A DNA stretch of 64,000 nucleotides from Marsupella aquatica (taxonomy: Eukaryota > Plantae > Marchantiophyta): contig OZ316899.1 in the NCBI GenBank assembly GCA_973895155.1, positions 14,969,974 through 15,033,973 of the forward strand, read 5' to 3'. The translations under genes and the position numbers were made by a program. The notes beneath the pieces were generated by a model. It worked only from the letters and a program-made list of their open reading frames with translations. It searched no databases and was not told where the DNA came from. Positions 1 to 11,830 of the stretch are shown one piece after another (position 1 is the first letter of the stretch; the number at the start of each line of letters is the position of its first letter).

Positions 1-1932
1 TGTGGGGACAAACCGGCCACAGGTCCTTACTCCTGGAACGTGATGGTCCGACCCATAGCCGGAATTATCATGGCTGCAGTCCTCCACTGCCTCCTCTACT
101 TCTTGGACGTCCGGCTTCTCCCTCTCCTCTTCGTCGGTAGGAGCTTCAGGCAATTCTGCCTCAGATTTGGAGCTTGAGATTCCCACATACATTCGAACAC
201 CTGGCTTGGATTCCGGTCTGATTCTCTCCTTGTCTCCAGCAAAGGGGTTTTCTCTTGTGAGCCGGTGTAGGCCTACCTCTGTAGTAGTGTCCTGCATTGT
301 TGCCGTTGCCGTTGTTGTTGCCGATGCCGATTTCTTTTCTTTCTCCAGTAGTTTCAGCAGACTCTGCATGCCTGGTTGCTGCATCGGCAAGTCCTCCTTC
401 CTGGGCCTAAACACCTGCTCGATCGTAGGGCTAACAGGTGGTTGAGGCTTCTCAGCCAGCGGCCTCGGCGTTGGAGCTTCCTCGGGTGCCCTTACCTGCA
501 GGGGAAGTACTGGGGCAAAAGTCTGACCTCTGGCATACCGGCACAACAGCGGCATGTGATAGCCAAGCCGCGACACGCTCCCCATGCCGATTACCTGCTG
601 CTCCTCCTTTAAGATCTTCTTCAATTGGTTGAGGAGGTACCCGTTGTAGTCCCGACTTGGGTCTGGCCTCTCTGCCAGATAGACCTGTGCCTTGCCGATC
701 TCTGCCCTCGGCAAGTTACAATGCATGGTCACCCGCAAGAAGTCGATCATCTCTCCTATGTGCGGGTTGGTGCAGGTGTTCCGGAAGAAGCCATTCTTCG
801 TTGATGGCCCGGGGAACGACCGGAACTCCTTGTCAGGCAAGGTCTTCCTGGTATCAACTTTGGTCTTATTGCCTATCGGCAAGCCAAACACTTCGGCAAT
901 TACCTTGGGAGTAAGATAGAAATCCTTCCCATATATCCTCGTGCAATTGGTCTCGGGTTCCCATGACCCCACGAATTCTAATAGGTCTGACTCCGGTACC
1001 TTCGGCTTTAGCCATGGTAATCTTACAAAGGCCTCTAAGCCGGATCCGGCCATGAAGCCTTGGTACTTCTTGGTCTGCATGGCCGTAAAGCATGCATCCT
1101 CCTCCCGTGCAAAATGTAGTTGCACCTCCACCGGTAGGGTTGCCGCCCAGCCCTTCCAGGTGTCATCCCTAGTTGGAATGGCCTTGATGGGATCGACCTC
1201 CTCCTCTTCGGCTTCTCCCTGCCTCCTGCTCTGCTGCTCGGCTGGCTTCTTTGGTGCCGCCGACCTCGTTCTTTTTGTCGGGGTGGCTTCATCGTTGACG
1301 GCTCCCTTCCTCTTCATCTCTGCTGCCGTGGAGGTTTCTCCTAGCACCGTTGCCTGGGTCCACCTTTCCATGCTACCCTTTAATTCCTAGTGTATGTCGT
1401 TGCAGTTCTTGATGGCCTCTTGGATGCCGACGACGCTGTCTTTGCAAAACAGAAGATCGTCGAGTTGATTGGAAGTAGGCGTCCACAGGAACTCGTCCTT
1501 GATGAGTTCGCCTCCTAAGAAAGCCGTCTTCTGCAGCTCCCACAATCGAGCGAGCTCCTGCCGTTCTCGAGCTGCCCTTTCTGATTCCTCGTCCTCGTAA
1601 GTCTTGATGTACTTAGTTGCCCGTTCGAACAGGCATCCCCAGAAATGTGCCGCTTGATTGACGTTGCTCATACCCTCCTTAGGTCGATCGTCGGTATCTA
1701 CTCTCTCCCCGAGTGCTTGCCTAAGCAGCTGACAGTAGTTGGCCTCCCGTAGTCGTCTGCCTAGTTCGTGCTTGCAAATGAGCCACCATCTCCTGCAAGC
1801 GCTCCTTACCCCTCTCCTCTGCCGGTCCTTCTTCCCGTTGATCCTTCCTAGCTGTCGACGCTTAACGCGCCCTAACCCTAATCGAGTTTTCACCCTCAGC
1901 GTCCTTACCTCCGGCCTCGGCCCGGGTTCCAT
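1..1932 (-). pseudogene. LTR-encoded ORF, N-terminal half (PMD/Athila-ORF-like domain)
   Basis: MEPGPRPEVRTL... with one TAG at 1387-1389 where the 49.6 kb copy has TGG; continues through GLEAFVRLPW...IAEVFGLP...NGFFRNTC. Confidence 0.8.
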
Positions 1933-2047
1933 GGTTGCCCCTAATTGTTTATATTTTCCTTGTTTTGTCCCTATACTAAGGTGTTCCTAGGGTGCCTTCC
2001 TGCTTTACCCACTTAACTGGCCGAGTGATTCCTGTCTAGGCATCACA
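1..2047 (-). mobile_element. Gypsy LTR, 5' part of a ~4.7 kb coding LTR; runs off the window start
   Basis: Begins TGTGATGCCTAGACAGG on the minus strand at 2047; near-identical reverse complement of 49492-~51518. Confidence 0.9.
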
Positions 2048-3577
2048 GATTGGCCGGAGGACATCAGGCGGCTAGCCAAAAAAGGAAGCAAACCTCTAGC
2101 CACGATTGAAGAGATCCGCAAGACGGCTTGGGAGCAGAGGCCGCGATGGGCGATGCCGATCACTTCTACTTACTCCACCTACGCTAAGAATAGAGCCATG
2201 GAGTATGGTGAGATGTGTGGGGAACTTGCGCTCGGCATCTTTGGAGAGGAGTTGGAGGTAGGACCCTTTTTCCATAGGGAGCAGTTGGAGAAGCACCAAT
2301 TAGAAGAAGCGGTGGCTTTAGAGAGAAGCAAGAAGGACGAGGTCATTCGGCAGCTTAGGAGGATGGAAGCCGAGATTGAAGATCTAAGGGCGGCCAAGAA
2401 AGCCCAAGATGAACTGCGGATTAAACGGCATGAGCTGAACATCATGCAGGGGTAGTTGGACACCGCGCAGGCTGATAATCAGAATATCAAGGATAAACTG
2501 ACTCAGACGCAGGGAGAGTTGGCCGACACGATCAAAGAGAGGGAGAAGTGGAAGCAAGAGCTGAAGAATACAAAGGAGGCCCACATAACAGCCAACAGCC
2601 GGGCCATGGCGGAGACCCAAAGAAAGGAATGGGCATTGAAGGGGGAGCTCGAGAAAATCCGCGGAGCCCTTGAGCAGAAGGAGGCCGAGTTAGGGAAATC
2701 CTATCAAGGGATTATGGCGCTGCAGCAGGAGCTTGCGTCCCTGACGGCCAGCTTCAAGGCCAACCTAAGGGAGAAGGACGAGATACTCGATCAGACTTAC
2801 GCCAAGATGAACCAGATGGAGTCTGTCATCATTGCAGAGCTCGACAAGGAGCTAAGAGCAACCCGGGAGGAGAGGACTACCTTGAAACAAGAACGGGAGG
2901 AAGCCCAGAAGGAACTAGAGGAGGCGCGCAAGGACCTGGATGAGACCCAGGAGGAGTTGGAGGAAATCACGAGGAAGATGGAGAACCTCCAGCGGCGGGC
3001 CGACAACCAAACGGAGCGGCTGAAGAAACAAGCCGCAGTATTTAAGTGCTTGTCTTCATCAGGCCCAACTCCAATTGGGGCAACCAAGTTACCAGGAGTG
3101 GTACTGGCCGAAGAAAAAGCCGCGCCACCTGCACCAGTGCCGGAAGTAAGTGGGAAGGGGAAGGGACCAGCTGCCGAACCAGAAAAGAAGAAGAAGCGGA
3201 AACCTTCAGGGTCAAGGAGTAATCCGACTCCACAAGCCGTGGTGACCAAGGAGGTAGAACCAGCACCATCCTCCGGCATGAATACGGCAATAGATCCCGC
3301 TATCATCACAGGTGGGGGTGGTGCGGCCCAAGCCGAACTACTCAGTAATGAGACCGGTATCCCAGATCCGCCTCTTGAGCAGGCCAGGGAGACCGTAGCC
3401 GAGGCTGAGGCCGTAACCGATTCCCGAGCCGATGCCGACGCCGATGGTGGACCCAGTCAGGCCGATGGAGAGTTGACTCAATCAAGGGCAGGTAATCTGT
3501 CAGAGAATGAACCTACGGTAGTGGCTGAGGAGGAAACGTTGGGGGCGTCCATTAAGGATCCACCACCGGTGTCGTGA
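2048..3577 (+). pseudogene. LTR-encoded ORF, C-terminal coiled-coil half with KKKKRK basic patch
   Basis: ORFs 2153-2455 and 2456-3577 are in frame, split by a TAG that is CAG in the 52.1 kb copy; E/K/L heptad-rich. Confidence 0.8.
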
Positions 3578-4488
3578 CGGTGCAATGGCGCCGTTCCTTT
3601 TAGGGAGGGCGGACGTGGAGGGAGGAGGCGTGAGTGGGCAGGGCGGGCGCTGATCTCCAAGTTTAGGATTAGGATCAGGACCAGGAGCGGCCCTGACACT
3701 TAGCTTAGTGGGATTGCGGTTCCACTGGTAGGAGCAACACTTGTGCTCCTGCCTTGCTGTACATAGGTAGATTTGGGCAAGTAGATTACTATTAGGTAGA
3801 TTAGGCTTACGATGCAAAGAATGGCGGATCCACTACCAGGATAAGTACCTGGGCAGCGGGGAGCTCAGGGCCTCTTCTTTAGCAAGTTTTTAGTTTGCAC
3901 CAGCCGGGCTGGGATCAAGTAGTACGAGAAGCTCTCGGTTAGTCATACAGTGACCCTTGTGTATATTCATGTTTCCTCATGCCTAAGAGCTGAATAGAGT
4001 TGGTCTCACGGCTTAGTTCGTAGAGCTTGTGTATGAGATGTACTGTTTGTATGGCAAGTGCATGGTATGACTCAGTCAGAATGAGTCATTTTGCTATTTG
4101 TGTGTCGCATTAACTTGTGTGAAGAGTGCCCACATCAACCAGAAGGAAGGAAAGTAAGCAGGGGAGTGAGAGTTGGATGTGTCGAGCTGAGAGAGGTCTT
4201 AGCGGCTTAACCAAGCCTATTGGGGATCATTTCGGCGGCGGAATCCAAACATACCTAACAAGACGGAGGGGAAGACAGGGGAAGGCCTAGATTAGGCCGG
4301 CTACGTATCTCATGACCCGATGAAGGATCTGTCCAGTATATGTGTGTAAAATGTTAATAGTAGTAGTAGAAGGTTAGCAGCGTCCCATGCCGCTAAGCCG
4401 CGGAAACGGCCTCGCCAAGCGCAAAACCTGCGGGAATCGGCTTGAGCTGGGGGTTTCTTGGGTTTAGGGAGCCATGGGACGCACCACA
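2048..4488 (+). mobile_element. Gypsy LTR, 3' part, inserted in the CACTA-A transposase
   Basis: Matches ~51693-54167; ends GGGACGCACCACA at 4488, directly abutting TnpD C-terminal coding sequence. Confidence 0.9.
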
Positions 4489-7400
4489 CCCATTCACCCT
4501 TCATCAAAATTACAGGAGTGGATGTGGCTCCATAGTCAAGAAGCCAGATATCACTTAGTTCTCCTACATACCCCATCTGCAACACTCCTCTACTTTCATC
4601 AGGGCTCTCATGCTGAAATACACAAATGAGCCCGCAATCATATGTTACCCTGGAAGAAGTTGTTTCATCTCTCACTCTATAGTGATTGCCATATGCTGCC
4701 ATCCATTTGTAAGACTTTACCAGCAACCGTGGAGGATTGGACAGGAGATAGACATCTGCATCCATATTAGGATGGCTTGCATGATGCTCTCGAACTGTGC
4801 ATCTCAGCCATTCTGACATGCATGGGAATGTGGCAGACGTGCTTGATTGAATAGCCTTTTGTGCCTCGTACTCTCTACACATACAAGTGCATGGATTTAG
4901 CAATCAGAGTACACATTTTATACATGTCTGAAATTTAGAAACCAAGGGTAGCAAAGAAAATTGAAAACAAGTTACATACAGGGAGACCAAAGTAGGTACT
5001 CACTCCAGCCAGGGTTGCATTGCATCAGTGTTTTCTAGAACGTACTGATGAGCCAAGTCTCTAATTTTGATGGTCAGCTTCACTGTGGTTGCAGCACCTT
5101 GTAGGACTTCCCCAGACACCCCTTCTTCTTCATCAGAATTCCATACTCGCCTTGTCACATGCTCGTAATCTGCTAGGTACTCTGTGATGTAGCCCAGAGT
5201 TTCATCTTTTATATAACCCCGAGCCATACTTGCCTCTGGCCTATAGTAAGATCGCACATGACCCTTCATCAACTTCATGTACCGCTCCAGGGGGTACAAC
5301 CAGCGTGCTGTCACCGGCCCGTACTGGTCTATTTCTTCCACGACATGGATGAGCAGATGAGTCATTACATCAAAGAATGCAGGTGGGAAATATATTTCAA
5401 GATCACACAACAATAGTGCCACATCTTTCTTCAATTGGGGAAACTGTGTAGCATCCCACACCTTCACACAAACTCTGCGGAACACATCACTTAGACGCAG
5501 TATAACTTTACGCACAGGCTCTTGCATGAGGCCCCTCAGGCACAATGGCAGGACTTGTTGCATCATGACATGGTAGTCATGGGTTTTCATTCTACCAAAT
5601 TGGAATTTGTTATCCTTCACATGCCTCTTGAATGCACTAGCATAATCTGTAGGAGCTCGGAGTGAACTCAGCCTTGATAAGAAGGTCTGCCACTCTGTGT
5701 CTGTGCAACAATATGGTGCTTGGTACTTCAAAAACACATTTGCCCTGCTCTGGTGTGTTGTAAGCCAAAGGTGGGGTCGAATTCCCCTGTCCTATAGATC
5801 CATACGTACAGAGCCCGTGTCCTTTTCTCCACTCAAAAATCGGAGTAGACTCTTGCATATGTTCTTCTCTATGTGCATAACATCAATATTATGTTTGTTT
5901 GGATCAAACTCCTGCAACTCCAAAACATCAAGCAGTGAGCAAATCTCAATCTTCATAATACATACATACTACTTCATACAATCTAACAACTAAATTGACT
6001 GAATCACATATATGGGTTGTTGGGGAGAGGAGATTACTCGCCAATACTCCAGCTGCAAGTCCAAAATGGACTGTCGTTTCACACCATACAACCTTGCAGG
6101 ATCTCGTACTCCATCCTCTGCTCCTCCATCTGCATCATACTGTGCCTTGGCAGCCCCCCAAGAACTTATTTGCTCCTTCTTCACTCGAGGTGGGGGACTG
6201 CGGAGCTCCGTGCGCTTGTTAAAATGTGCTATAAGATTGGGTCTACGTCTGTAGGGGTGATCAGAGGGCAGAAATTGACGGTGACCAAGGTATTTGATAC
6301 ACTTCAAGGACTTTGAATAGTCACTTGTCACATGGGGGCCACATCTTGTGCAAGCTAAATATCCTTTCCCAACCTGGCCTGCAATCATGCTATGGGCAGG
6401 GTAATCTGCAATAGTCAACATTACAATAGCTCTAAGCAAGAATGGATTGGCTTCACCAATCCTCTGCAGCATATCATATGTGAGCACTCTAGTGTACCAT
6501 AGCTTTCTCAGTTCCTCTACTAGAGGAGCAAGATAGACATCTATATTGGCTGCAACAGCACTGTCTGGCCCTGGAATCAACAATGCCAACATTACAAAGA
6601 ACCGCTTTGTAGTCAACCATGGGGGAAGGTTGTAATTCAAAAGGGTTACAGGCCAACAAGAGTACGCATTGTTCTTCTCACCAAATGGGTTCACCCCATC
6701 CAATGATAACCCAAGCCTAACATTCCTTGTCTCCCTAGCAAACTCAGGATACACATCATCAATCAACTTCCATTGCTTTGAATCTCCAGCATGGCGTTGT
6801 AGCCCATCTCGACTTTTGTTCTTAGCTGTCCATGTCATCAACTCTGATATGGCACGGCTCCTGAACATTCGCTACAGTCTGGGAATTATAGGAAAGTGAC
6901 GGAGTACTTTTGCAGGTTGCTTGGACTTCCCATTGTTCCGGTACCTGTGCTTCCCACATGTAGGGCATGTCAACTTCTTCTGATGTTCGTTTCTGAAAAG
7001 AACATGCCCATCAGGACAGACATGTATTGACTCATAGTTCAGCCCAAGTTTTGATATCAGTCTCTTTGCCTCGTACATGTTTTTTGGCACTAGATTACCT
7101 CCTGGTAGCACTGTTTTCTGCAAGAAGGCCAGAACCTTGAACACAAAGATGTTTGGCACATTGTGGTTCCCACAAATATTCAGAAACATTAGCACAAATG
7201 CTAATTTGGAACACTTGCTTCCTGGGAACAGCGGATTGAAGGCCTCCTGAACTTTGGTTGGGGAGCCAAACATGGTGTCCTCTCCAGCTGTAGCCTGTTG
7301 CCCAATCTCAAACTCATCTGAAGACTCGTGGTCATCACCCGGTGCGGTCTCAAACTCTTCTCATCTTCCATGTCCTCCCGCATTGCATCCATATCCTGGA

Positions 7401-7854
7401 AAATATCCTGCACCATTTGCTGAACATTGATCCCTTCGTCTGCAGGCTGCTGAAGGACTTCAGACCCACCCAGTTGAGTCATCACATCTGCCAACCCACC
7501 AGTGAAGAACCGGTCTCGCCTTGCACTATTTGCATTCTCAAAGTCAGCCCTCCATTCCTCATCTGAAGAATCAGCCTCATTCGGATCGTTTGTAACACGC
7601 CAACGAGGGTGTCTCCCATGAATTGCCAAGTGCCCATGAATCTGCCTCAAGACTCTGGTGTGGGAGCCATTGCATTGAGTGCAAGGACACCTCATTCGTG
7701 AACTTGGACCTGACCGTGCCACTTTGGCCTGTTCCCGATTCCAGAGCTTCTGGTCGTGTTGGGAAACCCTCATTGGATGATGTAGAGGCAACCTGGCAGA
7801 TGTTGGATGGGTCCAAGGGGGAGGGTGACCTACGGACACTCTTCTAGACTCCAT
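4489..7854 (-). pseudogene. CACTA TnpD/TNP2 transposase (transposase-associated CPCxxC, Transposase_21, DUF4218, DUF4216-like), frameshifted and LTR-truncated
   Basis: RMRCPCTQC...HL; RNVRLGLSLDGVNPF...SCWPV...NLPPW; MKTHDYHVMMQ; FFDVMTHLLIH...RWLYPLERYM. Introns ~5915-6036 and ~4880-5000; frameshifts near 7340, 6870 and 5745. Confidence 0.93.
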
Positions 7855-8241
7855 CTTAGAGTTCAGAACACAGGCACTCAGATTTAATTGTCATTTCATT
7901 ATGAAAGTGGAAAATACATTTCTTGTTTAGTTGTGTTCCGATGTTCACACTATCTACCAAAACATATGACATGATACAGTGTAATAAATCATGCATAGAC
8001 TTTCTACAACCACCAACAAAAACAAGAAAGGTTCCTGAATCGTGTACTTATTCTCAGGTCACACTGTAACAAAATTCCTAACTGTCTCAGGGTGTCACCT
8101 CCTTCGCTGTCCTCACTTATACTGCCTCAGTCTGCAATGGCCAACCAAGCACGTACATCCATGACCATATCAGAGTCCAATCACCTATAGTCATAGACAA
8201 ACGTGCCTGGTGTGAGAGCAGTATGAGATCTCCTCACATTA

Positions 8242-8844
8242 TTACCAGAGTTCATCTGGATACCCACCCTGTTCTTGATGGTAGTCACACCTGAGGTACA
8301 CTGGCATGTACATCAGGTCATCAAGGAGTATGCCCTGGGCATACCAGGGTGGGGTTCGATCTGTGTCTACAAGAAGTGGTTCTAATGCCCTCCACTGGGG
8401 GGAGCTAGCTACCAAGTCCCTCCATTGTGTGCTAATTAGTCTATATTTGCAAATGTCTTGTGCGGTTGACCACTGAAGAATTCTGGGCCACACATCCGAT
8501 AGCATTATATCATCTGGCAAACCAAGCAACAAGGAAGTCCCCACAACATTCTGCTCTTCAATTTCATCTGCTGAAAAATAAGATTCATCGTCTCTTGCAT
8601 CCTCAGGCGGTGTTGAAATATGTTTCAACACCAACCCATGCAGGAGAGTCCAAACAGTGGCCAGCCATGTGGCAACCCGGAGGAGGAGCCTACATAGCGC
8701 CTGTTGATGTAGGAAAGGCAACATACCCACCAAAGTCTGCCGCCAAGATTTGAGCCCACCCAGTAAGTTTACAGTGACACCCCTAGGCCCAGCAAGAAAC
8801 CACAATCCGCCAACAGTAAAATAAGTCCAACTGCGACCAACCAT
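8242..8844 (-). CDS. F-box-motif protein (CACTA cargo)
   Basis: LLGLPDDIMLSDVWPRILQWSTAQDICKYRLISTQWRDLV fits the F-box consensus; open 200 aa ORF; true start uncertain. Confidence 0.6.
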   Translation of the reverse strand: MVGRSWTYFTVGGLWFLAGPRGVTVNLLGGLKSWRQTLVGMLPFLHQQALCRLLLRVATWLATVWTLLHGLVLKHISTPPEDARDDESYFSADEIEEQNVVGTSLLLGLPDDIMLSDVWPRILQWSTAQDICKYRLISTQWRDLVASSPQWRALEPLLVDTDRTPPWYAQGILLDDLMYMPVYLRCDYHQEQGGYPDELW

Positions 8845-8935
8845 AACAAGCTACGTTAGTTCAAATATCACATTTATTTCAAAGATGTGATTTGTACACA
8901 AAGCTTGTCTCAAAACTGATGCTACTACGTACTCC

Positions 8936-9808
8936 TCACTCTGATTCAGAATCGCTAATAACCTCTTCCTCACTTGTTGTCACATAGTTTTCACTGTGAG
9001 GATCCTGACCCTTCCATGGCCAGGCCTCAAAAAGATCATAGTCCATTGGGTTTTGACGCTTCCCAGCTGCTACTGATTCCACAAGCCAAGCATATGAAAC
9101 CACAAACACATTATGGGACATGACATAAAAGCGAATGTCACCCTTCCCAAACTTGCGGCAGGCTTTGGGATATGACTTAGTAATGACATGAGTGGTGTCC
9201 TCTATTATATTCTCCTCCACTGTCCCACCTAGGTCAAGCACTGTGGACTTGTACACTTTGCACTTAACCTCTCCAATTCCCGCCTCCACAAAAACCATGC
9301 TCAGCCCTTTCAGAATGGGGGTTGGTTGCTTCATCTCCTCAGCCAACATACTCTTCAGCCTTCTTGAGCTTTGTCCTTTGTTGAGTACAGGTCCATATTG
9401 GACATCAGCAAGCCGTGCCTTTGCTTCCCAGACTTCTTGTTCAGTCCAAGCTGATGCAGTAGCTTCTTCATCCTCCCACAGTTCATATTGCTCAGTATCC
9501 TGTACAATCTGATGTGCTATGGAATCTGTGATCCAAGAGGCCTCAACTACTTTTAGGCCTCGCTCAGTAATTGCAGAATTCATGTAGGACCATGACCATT
9601 TCTTTATCACTGATAGCCATGTCCCTGCAACAACATGTGTAGTCTCTGGAGTGATGTCCTGCACTACAGTGCCATGGAGCTTAGAGAATCGTTTCTGTAC
9701 AGTTGGCCAATGCACTTTGGTCAACCCATGCTGGCCATGGACCAAAATGGCTCTGACCCCTGTAAACACTGCTGGGTGGTCACACTTTCTACATTTCCCA
9801 GGCTCCAT
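8936..9808 (-). CDS. Tandem-BRCT protein (CACTA cargo)
   Basis: Two repeats of F/LxG...(G)GT...TTHV...vvxxxWixdS, plus an acidic tail; collinear homolog at 59873-60799. Confidence 0.85.
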   Translation of the reverse strand: MEPGKCRKCDHPAVFTGVRAILVHGQHGLTKVHWPTVQKRFSKLHGTVVQDITPETTHVVAGTWLSVIKKWSWSYMNSAITERGLKVVEASWITDSIAHQIVQDTEQYELWEDEEATASAWTEQEVWEAKARLADVQYGPVLNKGQSSRRLKSMLAEEMKQPTPILKGLSMVFVEAGIGEVKCKVYKSTVLDLGGTVEENIIEDTTHVITKSYPKACRKFGKGDIRFYVMSHNVFVVSYAWLVESVAAGKRQNPMDYDLFEAWPWKGQDPHSENYVTTSEEEVISDSESE

Positions 9809-10372
9809 GTACACACACCCTACGTGATCAGAGTGAATATTGGAAGAGTGGGTTCACCTGCCAATAGAAGGACACCAAAATTCCTGCTTTTTAAGTTGAT
9901 CCGGTCCACTATTGCTCAAGTCCAATTTTGATAGGTACAGGGAATATGTGAACAATAAGTACTAGGCACCTGCACCGATGCAGGACATTGTTTGAGTATA
10001 TACCAGGAAATCCATATCAAAGGTGAAATGAAGTGCAACCAACTTGTCATGGCCGCACATACATATTTTGTTGTAAAGGAGGATACATTCAATGACAAAC
10101 TTATAGGGCAATTTGATTAATTGCATGCCTGATAATTTATATGCTTACAACTTTGAAGTCCTGTTTTAATTTAGCAGTCTGATGAGAGTGTTTGTGAAAA
10201 TGACCACTCAGCCTAAATACTTCCAAGAAGGCTTGTTAGGATAAGTTTTTATAGGCATGTACCCAGCCACTGACGCTATAGCATAGGATAAGTGCTGCCT
10301 ATACAAACTTGCCTACCCAACTCCTTTTCAAAATTGGAATCTCTGCAATCCCCCAAAAATAGTACACCCACA

Positions 10373-11083
10373 TCAGGTGCCCTGTGCATGTACAATGTTC
10401 AGCTTCATAGCCAAGATATGTGATCTCTCACAGGAGCCCGAGGTAGGATCAATGGCATGGCGATGACAATAAAATATCCATCGATCAACACCATGTGCAG
10501 AGTGATCATAGATTTCTCTGTCACAAGCATAACCCTCTGCTTGACGATCTTTCAAGCAATGATAGTGCCACATAGTGGGACACCTAGCACAGTGGACTAT
10601 GTCAGCCCAGTACTCATCATCATGCTCACCACATGCCTTGCACCTATGAAGTGGGCAAGCTGTGGCATGAGCAGGCAAACACTCAAAACAGAAAAACCTC
10701 ACACAAAAACGGTCTGGACATTTCCTAACATCCGGTGCAGCATCAACAGAGCCCTCATAGGACCCCAACTTCCCACACTGTGCACACTTAGCTTGCTTCT
10801 CCAAACAATCAGTGCACATCCAGTCTCCCTGGTGTGTTGACGGGAGGCCCACCCCTGGACAATTGTTTTTTGCAGCAAGGTGAGACTCTGGGTTGAGGTG
10901 GAAATGCCTCATGCAAGGGCCCTCACAGATGACCAAGCTCCCACCATCGTCACAAATGGCACAACAATGAGCTGCCTTCTGGAAAATCTGACTTGCAGAG
11001 AAGTTAGTAACATGTGGCCCAGGTACACCTGTGTTGCTCACCTCTATCACACGCTTTTTCGCTGGAATTTTGGGGCGTGCCAT
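10373..11083 (-). CDS. Multi-PHD-finger protein, EDM2/NSD-type (CACTA cargo)
   Basis: CAICDDGGSLVICEGPCMRHFH...WMCTDC; CPLHRCKAC...HCARCPTMWHYHCL; intact 236 aa ORF; homolog at 58247-58969. Confidence 0.88.
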   Translation of the reverse strand: MARPKIPAKKRVIEVSNTGVPGPHVTNFSASQIFQKAAHCCAICDDGGSLVICEGPCMRHFHLNPESHLAAKNNCPGVGLPSTHQGDWMCTDCLEKQAKCAQCGKLGSYEGSVDAAPDVRKCPDRFCVRFFCFECLPAHATACPLHRCKACGEHDDEYWADIVHCARCPTMWHYHCLKDRQAEGYACDREIYDHSAHGVDRWIFYCHRHAIDPTSGSCERSHILAMKLNIVHAQGT

Positions 11084-11830
11084 GCCTACGCATGAGACAG
11101 ACAGTACAATTAAGTAGACAATACAGGCAATATATTTTGGCAGACTTTACAAACAATATATTCTAGCAGACTTCACAGAAAGTAAAATTTAGCATTTAAG
11201 GTACAACGACAACTTATACTGCAATGAATTGCAATGGCCACACAAGGATGCAGGGCAGACATACTTTTGGTATGTTGAGCCCACACACAAAACTGACCTA
11301 GTACAATTGCTCCACCAACACCTCAATTTCGTGGCTATGATTCACCAAAAAAGATCTGCAACAACATTTCATGCATTTGAATCACATACAATAGTCATCA
11401 CATGAAAAACAGGCGTTTTTCCAACAAGATTGGGATCAAGTAGTGTGATGAGGGTTGTACTTTATACATCCTATATAGGCTATGATAGTGAGACAAATAA
11501 GTTTGAATACGTGACTATATGGGATGTTTGCAGGTTATGACATGGCCCATTAATTCTGTCATATAATGTTACAATGTTGGCCAAGTTAAAGCAGTCATTC
11601 AAGCAGTCTTTCATTGGAGAATTTAAAGAGATCTTGCTTAATTCTTACATTAGGATATTCCACTTAGTGCAGCCAAATTAGGATAAGTTATATACTATGG
11701 ATCCTAAACCCTGCACCCAAAATTGCTCAAACTTCAAAATTTTAAATAATTATCCGCGGTGCTTAAGTCAGAGCATTAAGTTATAGGTCATTGCACTCTG
11801 GTCTGTGCATACGGTGTGACAAGTGCTCCT

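Noticed and set aside
4310-4488. C-terminal extension of ORF 4310-4903
   Set aside because: Read-through from TnpD into the antisense strand of the inserted LTR.
10373-11083. PHD/BRCT/F-box ORFs as ordinary host genes
   Set aside because: They lie between a CACTA TIR and TnpD, have no visible coding introns, are domain-only, and PHD/BRCT repeat in the same order in a second element.
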